Source of the DNA: Perkinsus chesapeaki ATCC PRA-425
Taxonomy: Eukaryota > Protista > Perkinsozoa
Direction of reading: 5' to 3'
DNA: 63,285 nucleotides
Assembly (NCBI GenBank): GCA_013115145.1
Contig: JAAPAO010000144.1
Span: forward strand, 1-63,285
Shown here: piece after piece, positions 48,901 through 60,359 of the stretch
Layout: each line of letters begins with the position of its first letter
Numbering within the stretch: the stretch's first letter is position 1
Program-made: the position numbers and the translations under genes
Notes under the pieces: generated by a model
The model's input: only the letters and a program-made list of their open reading frames with translations
Database searches by the model: none
What the model was told of the DNA's origin: nothing

Positions 48901-50677
48901 ATAGCTCTTCTTGAAGTACTCAATCATTTGATGACTAACACCCTAAAAATGTAAAACAAAAATCACTTCGCTCCGCTGTAGCTGCCAATATTACATGTAA
49001 CGCCAATTCGTATGATCCATTTTCCTTTTTACGGAACACCAAACGATCGTTCAGCGCCGAGAACAAATCCGATTGTGCTCGGAGGATATTAGTACCACCG
49101 ACCAGACAGAGACCGAAGATCTAAACACAGCTAGAGGTGTCAGAAAGAATAGGAATCATAATAATAAGAACGAAAAACCACATTTTTCGTAGGTACGAAT
49201 AGGAAGGAATGGTACGCATTTTTTGCAAATGCAAGTAGTATGTTATAAAGATCAATCAAGTCTCCCATATTTTGTGAACTACAACACGTAAACCCCACGG
49301 GGAAAGCATCCAAGTTGACCTAATAAATATCCTGGCGCGCAAGAATCCTTCCCCTTTTATTACAAACCAATGACATGCAATACCCGCCCACAATTGCAGC
49401 AAATAAGATGCCACAGCATCGCTCTGTGCTGTGTAGGCAATCACCGACAAACTTGTACCTAAAACCAATCATGACTGATGTATACACAGATGAAACGGTT
49501 GATCGATTTGCAAATATGACTGTCACGTACCTATTAGTAATACAAAATTAGTTAGTGTCGCAACACTCGGTATGAGTCTCGCTGTCAGTCCAACAGCAAC
49601 CAGCATCAATGGCACCGGTAAGGCATACACTGTAGTCTCATTATATCCTTCCGCGGCAAGAATCACAAACTCAGAGATGACAACAAGAATAGTCGTCACT
49701 GCAACAACCGTGTGAGCGTGCTTTGTCGTGCGCCAAATAATTAATACCATTCCTCCGAGGAACCAAATCCCCTAAGGCCGGAAATTACACGGAAAATTAC
49801 ACTTTTTGATTCTTACCGGAGAAATGACAAAGTAAAAGGTTCCCGCCCAGGAGGAGAACGGAGCTTCTACAGAGAACTCCTCTTGTTTGAAGAGATCCTT
49901 CAGAAGATAATGCACCACCAGATGTTGTGTAAGATGTCCCAGAAATGATAGGAAAAGGAACATGACCCAATACCGAAAGTTCCAAGTGTTGAAGGTCGAC
50001 CAGAACTGCACTGATAGATTTCCTAACAAAAAATACATTGGAAAAAAGCATCCACAAATTTGCGAATTTTCCAAAACAGATTTCCAGAAATTTCTGCCAA
50101 CTTTTCCTTCTAAGTTCTTGTTGTCTGGTAAATTCCATTTTGGAGATAGAGTTCAAATTGGGCAAATATCGTAGGACACTCCAAAGAGATCAAAAGCAGA
50201 GAATACCAAATTATCATTTGTTTTGCCCTTTTATATCAATTCTGCGAGATAATATCAAAAACAGCACTGCTGGAAGATACGCAAAAAGTTGCATTAGCAT
50301 TTCACGGTAACCAATTCCCGATAGAGAATCCAAAGGTTGACTACGCGAGGCTAGTAATTAGTAAAACTACAGGGAAAAACTTATAATTTATATTCCAGAA
50401 AATTGTAAATAAGACTAAAAAATGACTAAATATGTAAAATAGGACTTCTATATTATATAGCAATATCATGGATTATATTTTCCCTCGAATCCCTCCCTTC
50501 CCTTATATTACTCATGAATAGGAAGTCGCCTGCACCAAGATATCTATTCTCGTAGTCATGGTACAACGCAGCTAGGCTGAGCCTCTGCGATGCTCCCAGA
50601 CGAGCTGTCTTTTGCGTCCGGAACGTCGAACGTATCCTGTTGGCTCTGCTCTCGATTGGTGGAGCCGATGATACCAC
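45968..50677 (-). CDS. Polytopic membrane protein exons (one or more genes)
   Basis: Many hydrophobic exons (VAVTTILVVISEFVILAA; AVMLLVAGFIAMFAY; GIFIPIILGLCGY; VVAGLVNFLLMMIMG|FLYTLAI) flanked by GT/AG. Full model not resolved. Confidence 0.5.
46285..46336 (-). other. 52-nt intron that is an antisense tRNA 3' half
   Basis: + strand CTGAGGCAATCCAAAGGTC CCGGG TTCGATC CCTAG CAAGAGC A TTT. Splicing joins LLMMIMG|FLYTLAID into the 45968 ORF. Confidence 0.7.
47556..47756. repeat. Minisatellite, 40/55-bp units (40-55-55-40)
   Basis: CATATTTCCTAT(CAAACTCCTTTCTAT)TATATCTCCTCCTCCGTATCACTAGTAA repeated. Confidence 0.95.
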
Positions 50678-51506
50678 TGAGAGACCTGAGAGGATACGGT
50701 ATAATGATGAATAGTAAATCTAACGAGTGCGCTATTATGAATCATTACAATATAGAAAACAATAACAATGATGATCGATTAACATATCATCTTCAGAGCC
50801 CCCGAGGGCAATGAAGAAGTCAACTGAGGGTACATGTGGAGAAGTAACAGCGATATTGATATTATCAATTTAATAAGTAATGAAAAGTGAGTTATTCATC
50901 ATTTACACTAGTAAGTATCCTAGTGGCGGTCTAGGGGGCTCAGTCAGCCGTAAATGATGCGCTTGTTCGCATTAAAGGTTTTTATGGGCGAGTGGGATGT
51001 AGTTTTATCGGAAAAGGGAATTTTCTGAGGAATTGTAGTTCATTCAAGAGTATCTTTTATAGGTTGAAAAATCGGATGTGATAGATACGAGTTGGAGGGG
51101 GGATAGTAGAAGGGCTGATAAGTGATGACGAATAATACAATTCCTATTTGATCATTATTTTACGGTTTTTCCATCAGAACTATTGCCCAAGCTTTTGTGT
51201 TGAGTAACACTCATCGTATATTACTTGAAGTGCTATGCGGCAAGCTTGGCCTCGTTGTGATCACTTCACTAGGTCGAAGCATGCTTTGGACATTACAAAA
51301 AGATACTGCCAACCAATCAGAAAAGAGCTCCATTGAGAACAGCAACACAAGATTGACCCTTCATTCAATAAATCAACTCCGAAACTAGCCTTGACAGCCG
51401 TTGGATTTCCTAGAAATACGCCGAAATAATTTCGTGGCGCGTGACTTTTCGCCTCAGCCATTCAGCCGAACCGTCCGCATGATCTTCTTGAGTATATAGT
51501 ATCTTA

Positions 51507-54196
51507 ATGTCAAACATGCAAGATACGAACGAGGTTGACTATGAGCCATTCGATCCATCGGAATTGGTTCAAGCTGCTCAGCCCGATGCCGCTGATGTAA
51601 AAGCCAACAGCAATATTCCCCGTGCGAAGTTTATTGTAATACGGGAGGGATGACAGAGCGTATCTTTTGAAATCTGGGGTCAAATGCCACAAGATCCATC
51701 CGAGGTTAAATATGATTAAACTCTTCTGAGATCAAATGTGATAAGATCTCTATAAGGTCAAAAAGATAAGATTCCTCTGAGGTCAAAAAGTATAAGATTC
51801 TCCTGAGGTCAAAGGCGACAGGATTCCTCTCAGGTCAGAAGTGATGAGACGTTTCTCACTTCCTTTGTAACAAACTAAAACTTAGCCAATTGCCTCTGGT
51901 CTATTTTCACGTACTTGAAATAATACTTGTTTTTCTCTTGTACATTTTCACTTTGTCGTATTCAGGAGAACGTCGAGACATTCACCGGCAAGAGGGATCC
52001 CATGGCGATTCTGGGAGGCCTTAGGGAACTATTGAGCAAGTAGTGGTGGCATATGGGACAGACATATCGTATACAGTCTAAGATAGGAAATACACACGTA
52101 TATAGGGAAAGGGGCTGCCTCAGTGAGTATATGGTAATTGCAGCTTGTTGAGGTGTTAATGTCAATACAACTGATAAAAGCACTTGTACATTTCGGATGA
52201 GTAGGCAAGCAATGGAGTAACTATGAATGTGTAAAGGATTAGTTGATTGGCAATATTTTGCAAATTTATTTATCATTATGCGTCACGAATGACTAATAAT
52301 AATAAGTCGTATTGGTATGTATTAGTCCGTTATCAAAAACGTTCATTTGTATTCAGTATTTATATACATATGAGTAGATACCAGTACATGAACGAGCAGC
52401 TCATGTCACAACGCCGGTCGATTAAAAGGAAACTCCCTGATATTCAACAAGCTAAGGAGACGGTAACATATTTGAAGAAGCAAAAGGAGGGAGGAGTCGG
52501 AGAGTAGGAGGAAATACGGTATGAATAACTTGTATTGGATGTATTTAGGTATCGATGTCGATTTCCATTGACAGATAATGCTCATGCTAGTGCTAAGATA
52601 AACCCACAGGTGATAGAGGGGTAAAGGAATTATTGGGTGTTTACGGAGAGAGCGGTATGAAACATCGATAGGAGGAACGTAATTGATTACTATGTGGATT
52701 ACGACAAAAAGTGTGTGCGAAGATTCAACCATCACGTCGGCTATCGCTTAGCTTCCGGTTGCTTGGCAAACAGTGAGGTGTATGTATCTATCTGAGATAC
52801 ATACTTTAGATTGTGGTGATGCCCAATGGGGGCCTTTCGGGTACTTACACCTTGTTGTAAAATATGAATGGTGTTCGCCGGTCATTAAAGAGTTTGAATA
52901 TTGGAATCACTTAAAATCTGTCTACAAGGACTAGTGGAGAGGGTCGGCGATTAAGTCCCGATATTACTATTAATACTAATATAAGCTTGTTATTTATGCC
53001 TGATTAGTTATATATTATGATAGTATTTCCCTATTCTTCAATATCGTATTTATATCATAAATTTTATAAAGCAATTTACGTTCCCTGCATTGTTGGTAAA
53101 TCCATGAGTAAAGGGTCCTATTCACTATGGGAGTGATTCGTCTCTTTTCAGGAAGTGGATTCGGTGTGTTTATGGTTAGGAGCTAACATATTGTTGGAAT
53201 ACAAGTTGGACGAAGCAAGTACTAATAGGCTCAGTTGGTCTAGTGGATTGATTCTAGTTTTGTAATCATTTCACTCGGGTTCTATCCCGAGGAGAGGCAA
53301 GTTGAGCGTATATGTATAGTTGCAAAGTCGTGTTCGTGTACTACTTCTGTTGAAAACCAGAAACCACTTTCTGGTTTCTTCTTCGCCATGCTCTTCAACC
53401 ATTCGCTGTGGGGAATTGTCGTCAGTTCCAAAGGCAGTATATTATGCTGTAACTTTACGGGATTATTCGTCTCCAGAAAAATGTGTAATGCCGACATCGC
53501 GCTGCTTTCCAAAATGTGCATGATTTCTTCTTTAGCCGATTTATTGAATGAAAATGATGGGAGTGCTCGAAAGAGTCTATCCGATTTGGAACAGGGAATT
53601 GCGGTGATAAGAGATCAAATAACTACAACGGAGGTACTACTATTAGAGAGCCTGTGCTACTATATTTTCCGGGTTTACTCTGGATGCATTCTACTGAACT
53701 ACACGGTAGCCTTTTGTAGTACTATGCCACTCAATTTCAGGATGCTACGCTCAATAGCAGACGATAAATCATTGAAAAAAAGGAAATATTCTATCTCATT
53801 CGGGGTGCTCCATTGGAGGCATTACAGGGTATTTTTTGTCTCCCTTTAGAATGTGCTATCCAGAGCAACCCGTTGTCGAATGTATATCCGAAACTTTCGA
53901 AACTGCAAATCATTCACTAGCAAATTCGCAAGAACCGCATCTTGAATCGCCCCTTTCATATTTGATACTGATGGTAGATGATTCTTCAGAATTTCTAGGA
54001 GATCGATAAACGGATTAAATACGCATCACGCGTAATAGTGCGATTATTTCTCATGGAAGCTGCGTGCTGCTGCTCTCATTGGAGGCTTGGAAATGGTATC
54101 TTTAAGGTTAACATAGCGCGAGTTCACAATTACAATGTGAAACTTCGCAACGATCAACGTCAAGCTGCTGCGAATAAGACAGAGAACGCCTCGTAG
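51507..54196 (+). CDS. PFDN3: Prefoldin subunit 3, multi-exon
   Basis: SNIPRAKFI|ENVETF; YQYMNEQLMSQRRSIKRKLPDI; FPLTDNAHASAKI; VCLWLGANILLEYKLDEA; IRDQITTTE|VNIARVHNYNV. Confidence 0.88.
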
Positions 54197-56491
54197 AGGT
54201 GAGTTGAGGAAATGCAAGACGGGCTAAGATTGGCAAGATTTTCAGGCGGTAGTGGAAGAGATGAGCGTTTCTTCCTTCGTGTGGTTAGTAATATGTTGAG
54301 TTCTATAAGATGAGGCATTCTTTCGGACGGCCGATTTGGAAATGGCCCTTCGCTTGTTGTTGCATTCCTGGTCTTCCTCTCATGCACGTTGTTATCCTAA
54401 CTACGCTGGCGAATAGTCGGGGACGGTGTGGGTGCGCCCGCCGGTTGGTGATATTCTTCTGCCTGATTGGATGCGATCATAGTTGGGATACATAGGGGAG
54501 GAATATCTCACTTCAGTAATATGAATAGTGCAACAAATCGGTTAAGAATATCGCTGAAGATCTGGCTAAGGTTTGAGGTGATACGAAACGCTAGGCTGAA
54601 GCACTGAATCAGCGGCGCTGATTGGATACGGATTTTTTCCGAGTGAAATTGAATTCATTAAAAGGAAGCTGATTCGCGTAATAGTGTGAATGGCGGTATT
54701 GTAATATTCCTATACATCTCCCTTTACCACGAAATGTGTGGTCCTACTGCATTGTAGGTGTAACCTGTGTCTCAATCAGCTTTGTTGTAATGTCGAGTAA
54801 TGTATCAAATAATGGTATGTCAAGATGTGCTTGGGTGGGGAGGTATGTTGGTGCGGGGAGAGAGGAGTATATGGAGTAGTACAAGGGGATGGGTGGACGT
54901 ATGGGAGAGACGGTGGAGGATGCGGATATGGTATAGTCGTATAAATTATATGATGTTCTTTCCGAAGAGCGTTTCGGAAACCCTCGCAACAACGACTAGC
55001 AAAAAAGCCGAGAAATCGCGTTCATCGCGCGTTTTCGCTAGTCGACGATATCCTGCACTTTCGTAACTTCATATCAACCTCTACCTTCTCATAAGGGGAA
55101 CTCAAGAAAAGGAACCTGCACGAGAAGTATCCTCTATGCTTTACAATGTAAATCATGGAGGACACGACATGGATAAGTAATGTAAAGTTTACATTACTGC
55201 TAACCTTTTACTTTAACAATCATAGTCTCATTCCTATAAGCGGGCTCACGGTAGATATTTCCAAAACTGATAACTGGACGATCTGTCATGTGTTGTAGAT
55301 ATCACGATGAAGAGTGGGGAGTTCCAGTTGTATCGGATGACAGGCTTATGTTTGAAATGATATCACTGGAAGGGGCACAGGCGGGGTTGAGCTGGGCTAC
55401 AGTATTGGCTAAACGAAGGGGATATGAAGAGTAGTATGAGGAATAGAGGGCTAGTACGTTAAGTAGAAAATTGTTCATCGATTTTTCTCTACACTGACAT
55501 GTATGGAACTGATTTTCGGCCTACTGCCGCGTTGACTAGTCTGATGCTAGTAGGACGGGTAGACCTATTTTAGTAGGACATAGGAGGGAGAAGGAGACTA
55601 GTAGTCTCCTAATGCATTTGCAATAAAGTAGCATCCCTCTGACACAATTCCAGAAACTGTTCATTGAACGATCCATGTATTTTATCTGCTCAGAGCATTC
55701 GATGATTTCCAGATTGATGTATTGGTGCGGCGATTGAACGAGGCTTCGTCGACTGAAGAACTCATTGATGAGGTGATGAAAGGGAACTATGATATTGTGC
55801 GCAGCCGAAGGAAAATTGGGAGTATATTCGGTAATGCGGCGGCAGCTAAAAAGATTCAAGAGGAGTAATAAGGAGCTACTGTTTTCATCTGGCACAGTGT
55901 TAAATTGAATCCCAATTCATATTGAAGTTCAATAATGGCATTCCGTTAAGTATGACTCCCACTGCATGGAGGGTTTTAGTGCGTTAGAAATATCTGACCC
56001 TTCATAAGTCTTTACTGAGGTTACCTCGGCGAGGTAGAATGAGACTGTGGATGGCCGTGACACCAAGCGGGATATCACCGATAGCCAACTTGGAAATCCC
56101 GATTTGGGGTGGATTATCCACCGTGGATAGCCATTTCTCTCGTGGTTCTTGATTGCCCGTGACTATGAGTGGCAGGCCCAGGTGGATAGTGGCGCGCCCT
56201 TGTCGCACGCGGTGGCACAACACCCCTCATCTAGATTCCGCCGCCTGTATGTCCAGTGCCTATGCAAGCGTCCCTCTCTCTTGACATCCCTAAGCAGCGG
56301 GGACTTCCTCCTCCCCGCTCGGGAATTTACCCAGCCTTCTAGCAGGAGTTTACTGCAACGATGGCTGCAGACAACTTTGGTTAGTCCCTCGATGGGTTAT
56401 CAGTGTGAATATCAATAAAATGGCAGCCTCAAGCGCTATGCGTTCACTTGGGATGGTGCATGGATGTTGAGGACTACTCAATGAGGGGTTT

Positions 56492-58387
56492 ATGAGAAAA
56501 CCTCAACATCGTTGCTCCTGGCCTTCGCTTGTCGGCTCAACCGATTCGGTTGAAGCTTTTATCTGGCTCCTGACCTTGAGTGTCACCGACGTGGCCTATG
56601 CTGCTGGTAGCACCCTTCTCGGTCAGTCAACTGGCTCCTCCTTGACTCGGAAACGGCAAAAGAAGCTAGTTCACGCGCCACGGGGCTTTGTACTTGACAC
56701 GAGACTGGTACACTGCCGAACTCGGCTCGATGTACCGTGCCCCTGCCCGGAATTGTCGCTCAATCACATTCAGGGCTGCGCTTCGTCACCGTCATGCTGC
56801 TACTCCTGGTCCAGGAGTCCTGGAGTGGCACTCCGTGATCTGGCGAACATCTGACATTGAAATTTACCTAGTGAGCCAGCTCTTGTTGGCTGACATAGGA
56901 ATTCATTTACAGCCAGGTGGCTAATATTGGAATTCATCCAGAGGAACAGATATCACGTGGCGTTAAGTTCACCGTGGTCTGACTACGTACCGCGAAAAGT
57001 TTCACTTGTCGGTCAAGGAAGAGGTATCACACACCACGACCTGTTCGTAAAAAACCGAATAGCCCGAATACTTCCAGCATCCTCTAAAGTCTCGCCGCCT
57101 ACAACAACGACTTGGTGGTCCTTGTGACATCGGTCACGCCTGACCCTCACCCTTATAACCGCTTTGCGGCATCAGGGTGGGGGGGCAGCTGGCCGGCCTC
57201 GCCGCTACGCGACATTTCCTTCGGCCACCTTGCCTCACAGCTTTCGATGAAACTCGATTGGTAGGCTACAGTAGACAGGTCGCACATTGTCGCTACGACC
57301 AGATATGTTACTCACCGAAGAGACTACTTGTCAAAAACGTTTTAGTACTGAGGGATACTACTATATATACTTATATAGTCCCTCAGGCATAGTTGTCAAA
57401 ACATATGTCAATATCATTGCCAGCACAGATTCAGAATTTATCTACGAGCGGAAAACTTCTTTTTCAACTTGAAAAAAGTCTTTGTATCAGATACGGCAGT
57501 TTGTGTGATTATCTGTGGCATTTCACCAATAACACTCAGGTAGTAGGTTCGTGAGACATAATACAAGCTTTGTAAAATCGCTTACACTGAAGGGTATGAT
57601 GGCCTGGCTGTGGAAAGTGTTCTTTCTGGGGAACATTTCTGTGTAATTTCTATATTTCTGAACATTTCTGCGTAATTTCTATATTTCTGAACATTTCTGT
57701 GGAACTCTATTTTTCTGAACATTTCTGTGGAACTCTATATTTCTGAACATTTCTGTGGAACTCTATATTTCTGAACATTTCTGTGGAATTCTATATTTCG
57801 GATCATTTCTGTTGGATTTCTATATTTCTGAGCATTTCTGGTATTTCCGTGGGAAATCTGCTGCAGTTAATGGTTGATTTATAGTACATCTGGTGTCAGA
57901 TATTAAACAAATGGGAGGCTATTGATGATATCCCATCCAATACAGATCTCTCAACGAACATAGCAAAAGATATGAAGCAGAGAGGGTTCAAGTAAGACAA
58001 GAGAGAACCTCTGCGCATGTCTGCAATACGAGCAATGAGGGAGATACTCCATTCCTTCCGACTCGGAAGGCTACTCACTATTCGGAAGTTTCGAGTAGCT
58101 CTGAGTTATTTCGGTTAGGATGCTTTCGGAGCTGAAATGGTTTGGATTATACCAGGTCTCATGTATTACATTCCGCTGTGACAGCTCCAGAATTAGTCTA
58201 ACTCTAAGTTCCTATTCGAGTAACCTTTACCTTCAGAATGGTCGGGCCCACGACGGTCTACTCGTTACTACAGGCAGTTGGTGTGGTGAACGATCATTTA
58301 GTGAGTTGTTTTCGGTATGGGGCATGCGTTAGGGAAATGCAAGATCGCAAGATTCCTCCTATGAAGAAACGAAAGAAAAGGGTTTAA
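56492..58387 (+). CDS. tag: DNA-3-methyladenine glycosylase I (Tag family); C-terminal exons clear, N-terminal exons tentative
   Basis: HRCSW near the start; GSLCDYLWHF; IPSNTDLSTNIAKDMKQRGFK|MVGPTTVYSLLQAVGVVNDHLVSCFR. Confidence 0.72.
57631..57846. repeat. Intronic minisatellite, 28-29-bp unit, about 7.5 copies
   Basis: GAACATTTCTGTG(G/T)AA(C/T)T(T)CTATATTTCT tandem array. Confidence 0.95.
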
Positions 58388-59221
58388 TTCAGCTCAACGT
58401 GTCTTGAGTTGGCGGACGCATAAGGCGGATGTGTGCAGTCGGATCTTCGACGTACTTAGGTTAATTTTTGATATGTCCGATTTGTGAAGGGGGTGTAGCA
58501 GTTTTAAAATGCTGTATGATCATCACCATCATCATGTAGGAGGGGAAGCTGATAGGTATGTTTAGGGGGATGTGGGTGGTATCGTTACGCATTATAAAGA
58601 TGTTGGTCTCAGTCGTTGTTAGATATCGGACATCGTTACGCACTGTAAAGATTTTGGTTTCAGCAGTACTACTTTTTAAGGCACTTCAAGCTCCACTCTT
58701 TCAAGCATCATGCGCCCAGACGGAAATGGAGACATCAGCGGTGAGGGAGTATCTTAGGTTGCAGAATGCAAGATACGAAATAACTCGGGCATCAGGACAT
58801 TTGGTACCACTTCCCGTGTAGAGTTGGCAGGGATGGCGGAGAGGATGGCGCGCTACGCCCAACTAGCAGAAGCAGAGGTAAGAAGATACCTCGCGCTACC
58901 TATTTTTTTCCGAAACTAAGACCTGTGTTAAGCGTAGCCGAACGCGCCATGTGCGCCCAGTAGGAACTATAAACGGGTTACAACTATGAATGTGAGAAGT
59001 GTTTCATTTTCATCTTGCCACATATCTTTGCTATCAAGCTTTGATATGAATTTGACCATAAATGGCTACCTTCTGGAGCATTTGAGAGTTCTCAACTTCT
59101 GAGTTGATTTATTTCCTGATCAAAGCGTTGAGCGATCGGCTCGGCCTTTATAGATTGTTATTTTGCTCTAGGACTTCTCGGAGTTCCGTGGCGCGTGGAA
59201 ATAGTTTATGATACTTCTCAG

Positions 59222-59560
59222 GCAGCAAAGAGAGCTATGTTGCTGGGCTTTCCGGGTGGAGGATGGTAATTTCGTGGCGCAGTGACGGTCTTATTTGGCT
59301 TCAAGGTACCCCAATCCCATCACTGGTCCAAGTTCACCATTTGACGATCCCAGCATATTGCGAGCGTTGCCTGGTGGGAGTCCGGTATACCCGTATGGTG
59401 GACCGAAGGTGAGATTAATAATGCGCCCCCTGGGAATCGAACCTGCGGTCTATCGCTTACTAGACTGGTAAACTGAGTATCATGTACAATTGGTATCATA
59501 ACAAATTCGTTGCTCATTTTCCGATATCTTTCAGCTTCATCCCGAGTACGACTTCGCCGT
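59222..59560 (+). CDS. Partial multi-exon hypothetical gene
   Basis: AAKRAMLLGFPGGGW|YPNPITGPSSPFDDPSILRALPGGSPVYPYGGPK|TGKLSIMYNWYH. Both introns remove in-frame stops. Confidence 0.5.
59409..59463 (+). other. 55-nt intron that is an antisense tRNA-Thr(AGT)-like 3' half
   Basis: Reverse complement CT AGT AA GCGAT AGACC GCAGG TTCGATT CCCAG GGGGCGC A; the intron AG is the antisense of C32-T33. Confidence 0.75.
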
Positions 59561-59858
59561 TGGTATGCCGCCAGTGTTGCCGCCGTTATGGGCATCTAGT
59601 ATAGGTGATGCTGCCCTCTTGGCTATCAGTTCCAGCATGGCGAAAATGCGATGCAGAGGAAATTGTGGGCATGCGAGGGCGTTCATATAGATAGAAAGTG
59701 TTGTATAAGCTGTGTCACGCGCCACGAAATTACCATGAAATATTTGTCTCCTGTGTGGTGTTGGTGCGGATTGAGTTGCACGCGTGCGCATCGATTTGTT
59801 TGAGTTAGCGTCGATGCAGTGGTCATAAGGAGCATCAAATAGGGCTAGTCTGTCTTGA

Positions 59859-60185
59859 ATGCTTTTACTACCACCAACTACTTCACAGCCGTCCCGGCGC
59901 CGATGCCAGAGGCGTCACGGCGTCACAGAGCTGATGCGAAGGGCGGAGACGATATCTATGCGGTGGGAGACAGAAAGCAGTTTTAGAAGAATAGAAAGGC
60001 AATTGGATGTTATCGAAGGACTCGTGGAAGAGAGAGCGAAAAACGTCACGCGCAACGAAATTGAAGAGAGGGAGCTGGAGAGCAGTAGTTTGTTCTTGAG
60101 GCCGTGGATGAACGTTAAGAAACCGCAAGAGAGAGCAAGACTGCAAGATTTGCCATTGAGAACCCGACCTAGATACCGCGGATGA
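59859..60185 (+). CDS. Hypothetical charged/coiled-coil protein
   Basis: 108-aa ORF with heptad-like RIERQLDVIEGLVEERAK; no family recognised. Confidence 0.3.
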   Translation: MLLLPPTTSQPSRRRCQRRHGVTELMRRAETISMRWETESSFRRIERQLDVIEGLVEERAKNVTRNEIEERELESSSLFLRPWMNVKKPQERARLQDLPLRTRPRYRG

Positions 60186-60359
60186 TGATTCAGCAGCTGG
60201 TGTGAGATTCACATGATTGTCGGCTGTACACGAGCTTTGCTCAGCGCCACAAAATTGTTGGGTTAAGTGAAAACCTGGTACCATTTAACCGGGTTTCGGG
60301 TTTCCGGGGAAGGGTCCAATAATCTTTTGACAGCTTATTTGCTCGGCGTTGTGCTGTTG

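Noticed and set aside
56002-56200. WIIHPKSGF resembles the N-terminus of cyclic-nucleotide-gated channels
   Set aside because: No pore or CNBD motifs found downstream.
57631-57846. 28-29-bp repeats as a CRISPR array
   Set aside because: Head-to-tail with no spacers, in a eukaryotic intron, with no cas genes. The same applies to the 36-bp and 55-bp arrays.
59285-59312. TTGGCTTCAAGGTAC resembles the end of the dinoflagellate/Perkinsus spliced leader plus its donor
   Set aside because: The 5' part of the leader (CCGTAGCCAT) is missing, and the AG is explained as a cis-intron acceptor.
59263-59736. 18-bp perfect inverted repeat pair as MITE termini
   Set aside because: No target-site duplication, the interior carries spliced exons, and the motif recurs singly elsewhere.
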